Of a DNA stretch of 64,000 nucleotides, positions 48,295 to 57,182 are shown in pieces. Source of the DNA: Bacteroidales bacterium (GTDB lineage Bacteria > Bacteroidota > Bacteroidia > Bacteroidales > UBA12481); the NCBI GenBank assembly GCA_041658425.1, contig JBBAAF010000004.1, positions 3,171 through 67,170 of the forward strand. The letters run 5' to 3'. The translations under genes were made by a program, and so were the position numbers. The notes under the pieces were generated by a model. The model saw only the letters and a program-made list of their open reading frames with translations. It made no database searches and had not been told where the DNA came from. Each line of letters begins with the position of its first letter. Positions within the stretch are counted from its first letter, which is position 1.

Positions 48295-48908
48295 AGCGAT
48301 TCAGCGACTATTTGCAGGATTACCGAATCTTTCTGGCTTCACGGTCACCCAGAAGGCAGTCATTGCTAACCCAGGCAGGGATTCCATTTGAGGTTTGGTT
48401 AAAAGAGGAAGTGGCCGAAGATTATCCGCCGGATCTGAGTCCATCCGATGTAGCAATTTTCCTTTCAAGGTTGAAAGCCAATGTTTATCGTAATGAACTT
48501 GGCCCGAAGGATATCCTGATAACTGCTGACACTATTGTGGTGCTCGGTTCAAGAATCCTGGGAAAGCCTGTTGACCGCACTGATGCGATAAAGATGCTCA
48601 GTGAACTGTCGGGAAAGCCGCATGAGGTTATTACCGGTCTTTGTCTGACCTCTTTGGCGAAAGAATCAGCATTTATTGCCAGCACAATCGTATGGTTTGA
48701 CCACCTTGAACAGTCGGAAATAGAGGAATATGTAGATGAATTCAGCCCATATGATAAAGCTGGTTCTTATGGAATCCAGGAGTGGATCGGTTACATGGGA
48801 ATTCACCGGATTGAAGGGTCTTACTTCAATGTGATGGGATTGCCGATACAGCGGTTGTACAAAGAACTTCAGAGCTTTACGGGATACAAATCAACAAGAA
48901 ACAAATAA
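48291..48908 (+). CDS. maf: Maf-family nucleoside triphosphate pyrophosphatase
   Basis: LASRSPRRQSLL, ITADTIV and YGIQEW motifs; 205 aa; 4-nt overlap with the upstream gene. Confidence 0.85.
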   Translation: MKRFSDYLQDYRIFLASRSPRRQSLLTQAGIPFEVWLKEEVAEDYPPDLSPSDVAIFLSRLKANVYRNELGPKDILITADTIVVLGSRILGKPVDRTDAIKMLSELSGKPHEVITGLCLTSLAKESAFIASTIVWFDHLEQSEIEEYVDEFSPYDKAGSYGIQEWIGYMGIHRIEGSYFNVMGLPIQRLYKELQSFTGYKSTRNK

Positions 48909-48915
48909 AATCATC

Positions 48916-51069
48916 ATGAAAAAGTTATCGTTTGTATTAATCATCTTCCTTCTTACAGGATCAATACTGCGATCAGAGGAGGGAATGTGGATACCGCTGC
49001 TGCTTAAAAAGTATAAAATTGAGGATATGCAGCGAGCCGGATTTAAACTGACCGCTGAGGATGTCTATTCCGTCAATCAGGCTTGTCTGAAAGATGCGAT
49101 TGTTATTTTTGGCGGCGGATGTACAGCTGAGTTGATTTCGGGAGAAGGATTGCTCATAACCAATCATCATTGTGGCTATGGGAATATTCAGCGACATAGT
49201 ACCGTTGAACATGATTATCTGACCGATGGTTTTTGGGCAATGACGAGGGGAGAGGAGTTACCCAATCCAGGATTGAGCGTAACATTCCTGATTCGGATTG
49301 AAGATGTTACGGAATCCTCGCTGGCGGGTGTAACTTCAACGATGAACTCATCTGACCGTGAAAAAGCAATTCAGGAAAATATAAAAAAGATCCAGGCGGA
49401 TACCGTTAAAGGATCAGCGTATTCAGCCAAGGTGGCCCCGTTTTTCGGTGGTAACCAGTATTTTCTTTTTGCTTATGAAGCTTATCAGGATGTACGCCTG
49501 GTTGGTGCACCTCCAAGTGCAATCGGTAAATTCGGCGGAGAAACTGATAACTGGATCTGGCCAAGGCACACAGGTGATTTTTCTTTATTCAGGATTTATG
49601 CAGGGCCCGATAATCGTCCGGCTCCATATTCCCCAAGCAATGTACCCTATAAGCCAAAGAAATTCTTTCCGATCAGCTTGCGCGGCGTCGAAAAGGGTGA
49701 TTTCACGATGGTTTTCGGGTACCCTGGCCGTACTACAGAATATATTCCATCCTTCGTGATTGAGAATCAGGTAAACTATTCTATCCCGGCTTCGATTGAT
49801 CTTAGAACCAAACGGCTTGATGTGATCACTGCAGCTATGGAAAACAGTCCTAAAATCAGGATACAGTATTCGGCAAAGAAATCCGGGATAGCTAATTCCT
49901 GGAAAAAAAATCAGGGAGTTTTGCTTGGGTTAAAAAAGGTTGGGGCGATTGACCGGAAAAAGGAATTTGAGATTCGGTTTCAGGAGTGGATAGGGGCGGA
50001 TGCCGAAAGGCGCGATCAATATGGAGCTTTATTGGGACAATATAAGGACATTGTCACCAAACAGGCTCCTTTTGCATTAGCAATTACTTATGCCCGTGAA
50101 GCCGGTGAGGCTGCCGAGATCATTGGTTTTGCCGGCAGGTTTGACTCCCTCATGGACCTTGCAGTTAAAGGAAAGCTTGAAGAAGTTAAAAAACTGGTAG
50201 ATCGGTTGAAGCCGAGGGTAGTATCGTATTTTAAGGATTACAATGCCCCGACAGACCAAAAATTGCTGGCTGTGATGATGCAAGCTTATGCAAAAGGGAT
50301 AACTACGGATTTTCAGCCGGACCTGTTAAAGCAAATCCTGGTTGATTTTAAGGGTGATTTTGAAAAATACGCGAAATCAGTATTTGACGAATCTATACTG
50401 GACAGCGAGCAAGATGTAAACCTTATGTTGACAAAGTTCAACTCAAAATCGGCAAAAAAACTTTCAAACGATCCGGCATTTTTGATGTTCAAGAGCTTGC
50501 AGAAATTGCAGAATGAGTTGATCAATCCTGGTTTAGCTAAGGGTCAGGATCTGTTACCCGAACTGCAAAGGAAATATATGAAAGCACAAATGGAGATGCA
50601 ACCGGAAAAGCTGTTTTATCCCGATGCTAACTCAACGCTAAGGATAACTTACGGAAAGGTTGATGATTTTATGCCTGCCGATGGTATTCAATACAAACAT
50701 ATTACTACACTTGATGGTATTATGGAGAAGGACAATCCGGAGATTTATGATTACCGTGTGCCTGAAAAGCTTAAACAACTTTATCTGGCGAAAGATTACG
50801 GCCAGTATGTTTCTGATCATACCGTACCGGTTTGCTTTATTGCATCCAACCACACATCTGGGGGCAACTCCGGTAGTCCGGTTATAAATGCTGATGGTCA
50901 GCTTATTGGAATTAATTTTGATAGAAATTGGGAGGGAACGATGAGCGATATTATGTATGATCCGGATCTGTGCAGGAATATCAGCCTCGATATTCGCTAT
51001 GCACTTTTCATTATAGATAAATTTGCGGGAGCTACGTACCTGATCAACGAAATGCAGCTTGTCAGATAA
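48916..51069 (+). CDS. S46-family dipeptidyl-peptidase (DPP7/DPP11 type; Arg in FDRNWEG suggests DPP11-like acidic P1 preference)
   Basis: Signal peptide, EGMWIP start, catalytic His (ITNHHC) and Ser (GGNSGSPV); 717 aa. The DPP11 inference rests on my recollection of the Arg673/Gly666 specificity determinant. Confidence 0.8.
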   Translation: MKKLSFVLIIFLLTGSILRSEEGMWIPLLLKKYKIEDMQRAGFKLTAEDVYSVNQACLKDAIVIFGGGCTAELISGEGLLITNHHCGYGNIQRHSTVEHDYLTDGFWAMTRGEELPNPGLSVTFLIRIEDVTESSLAGVTSTMNSSDREKAIQENIKKIQADTVKGSAYSAKVAPFFGGNQYFLFAYEAYQDVRLVGAPPSAIGKFGGETDNWIWPRHTGDFSLFRIYAGPDNRPAPYSPSNVPYKPKKFFPISLRGVEKGDFTMVFGYPGRTTEYIPSFVIENQVNYSIPASIDLRTKRLDVITAAMENSPKIRIQYSAKKSGIANSWKKNQGVLLGLKKVGAIDRKKEFEIRFQEWIGADAERRDQYGALLGQYKDIVTKQAPFALAITYAREAGEAAEIIGFAGRFDSLMDLAVKGKLEEVKKLVDRLKPRVVSYFKDYNAPTDQKLLAVMMQAYAKGITTDFQPDLLKQILVDFKGDFEKYAKSVFDESILDSEQDVNLMLTKFNSKSAKKLSNDPAFLMFKSLQKLQNELINPGLAKGQDLLPELQRKYMKAQMEMQPEKLFYPDANSTLRITYGKVDDFMPADGIQYKHITTLDGIMEKDNPEIYDYRVPEKLKQLYLAKDYGQYVSDHTVPVCFIASNHTSGGNSGSPVINADGQLIGINFDRNWEGTMSDIMYDPDLCRNISLDIRYALFIIDKFAGATYLINEMQLVR

Positions 51070-51084
51070 CCTGCTTACACTAAA

Positions 51085-51125
51085 AACAAACAAAGGGATG
51101 GTTTCAAGCCATCCCTTTGTTTGTT
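51085..51125 (+). terminator. 17-bp stem hairpin after the peptidase gene
   Basis: AACAAACAAAGGGATGG-N7-CCATCCCTTTGTTTGTT. The T-rich 3' arm lets it act as a terminator. Confidence 0.65.
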
Positions 51126-51308
51126 AAATTGAGCCGTTAGTCACTTTTTTTTGATTATTGACCTGTTAATTTTGTTTATTAACAATTTTTTTATTTCTTT
51201 GTTAACTTTCTTCCGATTAACGAACTGGCAATAGTTAATCCTGAAAAAGAGCAAAAGGTAACCCGTAATTCGAAAAAAAATCGTAGGGCGGGCTAACAGG
51301 TTGAAAAA

Positions 51309-53414
51309 ATGGAAGGTTTGCAAAAGGGAAAAGACTGGTTACGTGGAAATATCAGACGCGTACCAGTTGAATACAGGGAATCATTTTTGCGTGAAACAGG
51401 GACAGACAACCTGATCCGATTACGACTCTTATGCATTGTTCTGATTGTCTTGTCCGTTTTGTTTTTTGTGAAACCGGGAGTTCTTGAGGCTGAATCCGCA
51501 TCGTTGCCTATCTCCCCGTTTATAATGAATCTACTTTTCAGCAGTATTACCGTATTAACTTTAGCAGGTTCACAGGTAATTCTCACAAAACTTAATAGTT
51601 GCCCTGTCTGGTTGATTCGTTTACCTGTGATTCTGGTTGCTGTGTGCCAATTATGGTGGGGGTGTTATACCGGAAGTCTTCATCCGTTTGGTTTGACCCC
51701 TACGATCTATTTCATGATTTGTTTGTTTGTCGTTTCCTCCGTTTTTATCCTGTCCGTTGCTGAAACCATCGGGATTATGCTAAACGGGCTTCTTGCGTTT
51801 TATTGGTTCCATTTCTCTTCAGCCAGCGCAACCGTTATTACGGCGGGGTCATTATCCGGATTATTATTTTTTCTCAGTGTTGCGTTTTTCGTTTCGAGAG
51901 TAGTTTATTATAGGCGACTCTCTGCTTTTTTGAATTGGGAGAATATCTCCTCCATGAACAGCACTTTGAAATGGGAAATAAAGAAACATAAGCAAACTCT
52001 TCAGGAATTAGAGGCAATTAAGAATGACCTGGACCAGCAGGTAAGCGAAAAAACCAGTTATCTAAGGGATACCAACAAACGATTACAGGAAGAAATTGCT
52101 GAAAGGAGCTATGCTGACAAGGTGAGAACTGTTCTATATCGCATTTCGGGTTTTGTAAACCAAAACAGCAGTTTGACAGATATAATCAGAAGTATACATG
52201 AGCAATTAAGGCAAATACTTGATGTGACCAATTTTATGGTTGGCACTTATGATTCCGATCGCCTTGTCATTGAGCCTGTTTACCAGGAAAACTCTACCGA
52301 GTCATTTGAAAGATATCGACTGGGACGGACATTAAGTTCTTACGTTATCCGTCATAAGAGATCTTTACTAGTCAATAAGAAGGGCATACGGGAATTGGTA
52401 GTAGCCGGGGAGGTCGAAATTATAGGTGTTCCTGCCGACAGTTGGCTCGGGGTACCCTTGATGGTTGACGACCGGGTAGTCGGAATAGTTATGGTGCAGA
52501 GTTATAAATCAAAAATGATTTACGATCAGTCGGACTTGCAATTGCTGGAATATGTCAGTGAACATCTTGCCCTGGCTATCGATCGTTATGAGGTACAATC
52601 CAAGCTGATCAAAGCCAAGGAGCAGGCCGAGGAGAGCGACCGGTTGAAATCAGCTTTTCTATCCAACCTTTCTCATGAGATCCGCACCCCGATGAATGCC
52701 ATTTTGGGATTTTCAGAAATGATGGCAGAATCTGATACCACAGATATACAGCGGCAACAATATACTTCGCGTGTTCAGGAAAATGGCCACCGTCTTCTGA
52801 CTACTCTGACCAAGATGATTGAATTGGCAAAACTTCAGGCTCATCAAATGCCCTTCGATATTCAGGATTTGCAGGTTGAACAGGTATTTTCAGTTTTGAG
52901 AGACGAAATCAATCCGATTATTTGCTTATTTAAGAAAACGGATTTGGAAATTCGGTTTGTTTGCGATTCGAAGGCGGAAAAATTGTCCTTTTTAGCTGAT
53001 CCAACACGCTTTAAGCAGTTAGTTCTTTGTCTGGCAGAGAATGCAGTCAAGTTCACTGACCATGGATATATGGAAATTGGGTGCCGGAAATACGACCAGA
53101 GACAATTATTGTTTTGGGTTAAGGATTCGGGTATTGGAATGAATAATAGCGATTTAGAACATATTTTCGAATGGTTCATCAAAGGCCAGAAGGCCAGTGA
53201 AAACCTCTATGAGGGCACTGGGTTAGGTTTGACCGTTACCAAGCTGATCGTGGAATTAATGAATGGACAGATTTGGGCTGAATCTGAACCAGGTAAAGGT
53301 TCCTGTTTCTATTTTACGCTTCCGGCAGTTATGCCAGAATCGATCAAAATGATACCCGAAAGAAGGGATCGCCACGATTCCTTCGGAACCGAACATTCGG
53401 TTCATGCCAGCTAA
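51309..53414 (+). CDS. Membrane sensor histidine kinase with GAF domain (no receiver domain, no adjacent response regulator)
   Basis: About 6 N-terminal TM segments, a coiled coil, a GAF-like region, HisKA (SHEIRTPMNAI) and an HATPase_c (GTGLGLTV). Confidence 0.8.
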   Translation: MEGLQKGKDWLRGNIRRVPVEYRESFLRETGTDNLIRLRLLCIVLIVLSVLFFVKPGVLEAESASLPISPFIMNLLFSSITVLTLAGSQVILTKLNSCPVWLIRLPVILVAVCQLWWGCYTGSLHPFGLTPTIYFMICLFVVSSVFILSVAETIGIMLNGLLAFYWFHFSSASATVITAGSLSGLLFFLSVAFFVSRVVYYRRLSAFLNWENISSMNSTLKWEIKKHKQTLQELEAIKNDLDQQVSEKTSYLRDTNKRLQEEIAERSYADKVRTVLYRISGFVNQNSSLTDIIRSIHEQLRQILDVTNFMVGTYDSDRLVIEPVYQENSTESFERYRLGRTLSSYVIRHKRSLLVNKKGIRELVVAGEVEIIGVPADSWLGVPLMVDDRVVGIVMVQSYKSKMIYDQSDLQLLEYVSEHLALAIDRYEVQSKLIKAKEQAEESDRLKSAFLSNLSHEIRTPMNAILGFSEMMAESDTTDIQRQQYTSRVQENGHRLLTTLTKMIELAKLQAHQMPFDIQDLQVEQVFSVLRDEINPIICLFKKTDLEIRFVCDSKAEKLSFLADPTRFKQLVLCLAENAVKFTDHGYMEIGCRKYDQRQLLFWVKDSGIGMNNSDLEHIFEWFIKGQKASENLYEGTGLGLTVTKLIVELMNGQIWAESEPGKGSCFYFTLPAVMPESIKMIPERRDRHDSFGTEHSVHAS

Positions 53415-53421
53415 ACCGGAC

Positions 53422-53444
53422 CAGATTTTCGGAATCTGATTTTT
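53422..53444 (+). terminator. Weak terminator-like hairpin after the kinase gene
   Basis: CAGATT-N5-AATCTG followed by ATTTTTG. Confidence 0.3.
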
Positions 53445-53569
53445 GTCATACCTTTTACTAATAAACATCATGTTTGCCTTTTTTGTTTTGGTATACTTTT
53501 AACAGACTTAATAAGTGCCTGATTATTATTAAGAATAACGCAAAAAATTGAATTTAAAGGAGAACAAAA

Positions 53570-54037
53570 ATGGCTGATGTTCAACAGATTATTAATGATG
53601 TTACCAAGGTTTACGGAAAGGAACGAAAGGCATTGATGCCGATTCTTCAAGCCGTAGTAAAAACCAAAAATTACCTGGATGACCAGGATCTCATTTCCAT
53701 TTCAAAGGCTTTGGATCTTTCCGCTGCCGAAGTTTTCGGGACAGCAAGTTTTTATACATTTCTGGATATAGTTCCCCGAGGGAAAAATGTGATCCGGGTA
53801 TGTAAAACAATCTCGTGCCACATGGCTGGTAAGGATGAAATTATCCATGCCATCGAAGAGACCTTGAATGTAAAAACCGGAGAAACTACGGTAGATAAAA
53901 AATTCACCCTCTTAAATGCCAATTGCCTTGGATGGTGCCATAAGGGTCCGGTCATGCTGATCAATGATAAGATTTTCCCGGATCTGACTGCAGCGAAGGC
54001 CATAGAGATTCTGCAAAATTACCAGGAAGAAGAATAG
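53570..54037 (+). CDS. hydC: NuoE-like [2Fe-2S] subunit of NAD(P)H-linked [FeFe] hydrogenase
   Basis: 155 aa with a thioredoxin-like [2Fe-2S] pattern: C-x4-C (VCKTISCH) and C-x3-C (NCLGWCH). Confidence 0.8.
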   Translation: MADVQQIINDVTKVYGKERKALMPILQAVVKTKNYLDDQDLISISKALDLSAAEVFGTASFYTFLDIVPRGKNVIRVCKTISCHMAGKDEIIHAIEETLNVKTGETTVDKKFTLLNANCLGWCHKGPVMLINDKIFPDLTAAKAIEILQNYQEEE

Positions 54038-54066
54038 TTTTCAGGAACCAAAAGCAATAGAAAAAA

Positions 54067-55233
54067 ATGGAAAATTCAAGACCGAAACGGGTTGATATTA
54101 TATTCCTGATGGAAGGGATTGTTCCGATAAAAGTTGTTGAGACGACTATTAAAAAGAGTCCGGATGACATTATACTTGAGATGATCGATTCAGGATTAAA
54201 GGGCCGAGGGGGTGCCGGATTTCCAACAGGTTTGAAATGGAAATTTACCCGGAACGAGGACAGCTACGATAAGTATGTGATTTGTAATGCCGACGAAGGG
54301 GAACCGGGAACATTTAAAGATCGTGAGATACTTGACCGCGTTCCTGAAAAAGTATTTGCCGGGCTAGCCATTTGCGGTTATACTATAGGCGCCCGTGAGG
54401 GGTTTATTTATCTGAGGGGAGAGTATAACTTCCTTCTCCCGACTTTAAATGAAAAACTCATTTTATTTAATGAAGGGTTGAAAAAAATCGGATTAGACTT
54501 TTCCATTCAGATGCGTTCAGGGAGTGGAGCCTATATCTGCGGAGAAGAAAGTGCCTTGTTTGAATCGATGGAAGGAAAACGCGGAGAACCACGAAATAAA
54601 CCTCCATATCCCACCGTAGCCGGATATTTAGGAAAACCTACCGCAATCAATAACGTTGAAACTCTCGTTTATGCGTTCATGATTGCGCGTATCGGACCTG
54701 AAAAGTTCAAGGAGATGGGAACAAAAGATTCGAGAGGATCAAAGGTTTTCTCAATTTCCGGGGATACACCGAAAGCTGGTATTTCTGAACTGGAACTGGG
54801 TATGACAGTTCAGCAATTTGTCGACGAATTTGGAGATGGAGACACTAAGGCAGTCCAGGTTGGAGGAGCTTCAGGCGGTTGTGTGCCGAGAAAGATGTTT
54901 AAGGAAACAATCATTGGTTATGAGGGAATTCCAACGGGAGGTTCCATGATGCTTTTCAACAGCAGCCGGTCCATGTATAATGTTTTGCATGATTTCCTGG
55001 AATTCTTCACGGAAGAATCTTGCGGACAATGCACTCCGTGCCGTGTCGGTTGTCAGCAGTTATTAAAGGGTATCGAAGCTGTAAAACGGGGAGAGAAAAG
55101 CCCGATTTATCTCGAAGACCTGAAAAAACTGGCGAAAACCATGAAGGTTGCCGCAAAATGTGGGCTTGGCCAATCCGTTGCAAATCCATTTGTATCCATT
55201 GTATCCAATTTCAAAGAGGAAATTATTTATTAA
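54067..55233 (+). CDS. hydB: NuoF-like FMN/NAD(H)-binding [4Fe-4S] subunit (minimal form, no extra ferredoxin domains)
   Basis: GLKGRGGAGFPTGLKW, CNADEGEPGTFKDR and ESCGQCTPCR motifs. At 388 aa it ends where NuoF ends. Confidence 0.8.
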   Translation: MENSRPKRVDIIFLMEGIVPIKVVETTIKKSPDDIILEMIDSGLKGRGGAGFPTGLKWKFTRNEDSYDKYVICNADEGEPGTFKDREILDRVPEKVFAGLAICGYTIGAREGFIYLRGEYNFLLPTLNEKLILFNEGLKKIGLDFSIQMRSGSGAYICGEESALFESMEGKRGEPRNKPPYPTVAGYLGKPTAINNVETLVYAFMIARIGPEKFKEMGTKDSRGSKVFSISGDTPKAGISELELGMTVQQFVDEFGDGDTKAVQVGGASGGCVPRKMFKETIIGYEGIPTGGSMMLFNSSRSMYNVLHDFLEFFTEESCGQCTPCRVGCQQLLKGIEAVKRGEKSPIYLEDLKKLAKTMKVAAKCGLGQSVANPFVSIVSNFKEEIIY

Positions 55234-55251
55234 GCCAAAATCGGAAGAATC

Positions 55252-57045
55252 ATGAGTAAATATTTGGTAAACCTTTCAGTTAATGATATTCCGGTTTCAG
55301 TGCCGGAAGGAACGACCATTCTCGCTGCTGCAAAGAAACTTGATTTCAAAATTCCAACCTTGTGCTACCACGAAGACCTTTGTGTAGCCGGTAATTGCAG
55401 AGTTTGTGTTGTTGAACAGGTTGGAGCAAGAGCCCTTGTTGCAGCTTGTGCAACACCTGTTTCCGAAGGCATGCAGATCCATACAAACAGTGCCACCGTG
55501 AGAACGGCACGTAAAACGATCATCGAGCTGTTGCTATCGGAGCATAATGCAGACTGCACCAAGTGCTATAAGAATGGAAATTGTGAATTGCAGAGCCTGG
55601 CACATGAATATCGGGTTGGTGATCATGTTTTCATTGATCTGGTTAATGGCAAGCGGAGGGTGATTGATGACCTTTCACCATCTATTATAAAGGATGACAG
55701 CAAGTGTATCCGTTGCCAGCGCTGTGTCAGAACCTGCGCTGAACTTCAGGGAGTTTCAGCTCTTACCGTTGCATACAAGGGAGACCGTCAGAAAATATCA
55801 ACCTTTCTGGATCATCCGCTTGTTGAGGTGGTTTGTACCAATTGCGGACAGTGTGTAAATCGCTGCCCGGTTGGAGCATTGATTGAAAAAACCTATGTCG
55901 AGGAGGTTTGGGATGCAATTAATAACCCGAACAAGCATGTAGTGGTTCAAACTGCCCCTGCTGTACGTGTTGCTATCGGTGAAGAACTTGGTTATAATCC
56001 GGGCGAAAGACTAACCGGAAAGATGGTTACGGCACTTAAAAGGCTTGGGTTTGATTCGGTTCTGGACACTGATTTTACTGCGGATCTGACTATTCTCGAG
56101 GAGGGAACTGAATTACTAACCCGTCTTAAGAGAGCTTTGGTTGACAAAGATACCAGCGTAGCTTTGCCGATGACGACCTCGTGCTCACCAGGATGGATCA
56201 AGTTTATTGAACATACATTCCCGGAATTTCTGCCGAACGTTTCAACCTGCAAATCGCCGCAGCAAATGTTTGGAGCGTTGGCAAAAACCTATTATGCTCA
56301 GAAAAAGGGGTTAAAAGCTCAGGATATCTGTGTCGTGTCAATCATGCCTTGTACAGCAAAAAAATATGAAGCCAACCGTCCGGAAATGCGGTCGAGCGGT
56401 TATAAGGATGTAGATTTTGTGCTGACTACCAGAGAGCTGGGAATGATGATCAAACAGGCTGGAATTAATTTCCAGAACCTCGAAGATTCACAATATGATA
56501 GCATCATGGGTGAATCTACTGGTGCTGCAGTTATCTTCGGAGTTACCGGTGGTGTAATGGAAGCAGCATTAAGAACGGTATACGAAGTTGTTACGGGCAG
56601 GGAAGTGCCTTTCAATAACCTGAACATCCTGCCAGTTCGCGGTATGGAAGGAGTAAAAGAAGCTAAGGTGAAAATAGAAGGCTGTTTGCCGGAATGGAAA
56701 TTCCTGGATGGAATTGAAGTTTCATGTGCCGTAGCACATGGTCTGGCGAATGCACGGAAACTGATGCAGGCGGTTAAGGAAGGCAGGGTACATTATCATT
56801 TCATCGAGATCATGGCTTGTCCGGGTGGTTGCCTTGGTGGCGGAGGTCAGCCGATTCCAACCAATGAAGAAATCCGGGCTAAAAGAGCTGCCGCTATTTA
56901 TGAAGAAGATGAAGGGCTGCCGCTGCGCAAATCTCATGAGAATCCGGAAATAAAAATGATCTATGAGGAATACCTGGGAGCTCCAAATAGCCATAAATCT
57001 CACGCATTGCTGCACACCCATTACTTAGCCAGAAAACGTTACTAA
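55252..57045 (+). CDS. hydA: [FeFe] hydrogenase catalytic subunit HydA (M3/CpI-like domain layout)
   Basis: An N-terminal [2Fe-2S] domain, an H-x3-C-x2-C-x5-C cluster and two CxxCxxCxxxC ferredoxin motifs. H-cluster motifs are TSCSPGW (variant L1), MPCTAKKYE (L2) and EIMACPGGCLGGGGQP (L3). Confidence 0.9.
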   Translation: MSKYLVNLSVNDIPVSVPEGTTILAAAKKLDFKIPTLCYHEDLCVAGNCRVCVVEQVGARALVAACATPVSEGMQIHTNSATVRTARKTIIELLLSEHNADCTKCYKNGNCELQSLAHEYRVGDHVFIDLVNGKRRVIDDLSPSIIKDDSKCIRCQRCVRTCAELQGVSALTVAYKGDRQKISTFLDHPLVEVVCTNCGQCVNRCPVGALIEKTYVEEVWDAINNPNKHVVVQTAPAVRVAIGEELGYNPGERLTGKMVTALKRLGFDSVLDTDFTADLTILEEGTELLTRLKRALVDKDTSVALPMTTSCSPGWIKFIEHTFPEFLPNVSTCKSPQQMFGALAKTYYAQKKGLKAQDICVVSIMPCTAKKYEANRPEMRSSGYKDVDFVLTTRELGMMIKQAGINFQNLEDSQYDSIMGESTGAAVIFGVTGGVMEAALRTVYEVVTGREVPFNNLNILPVRGMEGVKEAKVKIEGCLPEWKFLDGIEVSCAVAHGLANARKLMQAVKEGRVHYHFIEIMACPGGCLGGGGQPIPTNEEIRAKRAAAIYEEDEGLPLRKSHENPEIKMIYEEYLGAPNSHKSHALLHTHYLARKRY

Positions 57046-57071
57046 GGTTTGTAAAACTGGTAGAGGAAGCC

Positions 57072-57100
57072 AAGGAGACTATTTTTGAAATAGTCTCCTT
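57072..57100 (+). terminator. Hairpin after hydA (10-bp stem, no U-tract)
   Basis: AAGGAGACTA-N9-TAGTCTCCTT. Confidence 0.4.
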
Positions 57101-57153
57101 CCGGGAACAGGTTCAATTTTCAGGGTAGTATTGCTTGTTATTATCTGATTATG

Positions 57154-57161
57154 TAAGTTTG
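57154..57161 (+). promoter_or_regulatory. Candidate -7 promoter box TAAGTTTG for rex
   Basis: Exact TAnnTTTG match, 22 nt upstream of ATG 57183. Confidence 0.35.
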
Positions 57162-57182
57162 ACTAAATTAATTCTGATTATC

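Noticed and set aside
51141-51323. 60-aa minus-strand ORF in the AT-rich spacer upstream of the histidine kinase
   Set aside because: It is a Lys/Ile/Phe-rich translation typical of AT-rich non-coding DNA and it overlaps the kinase start region.
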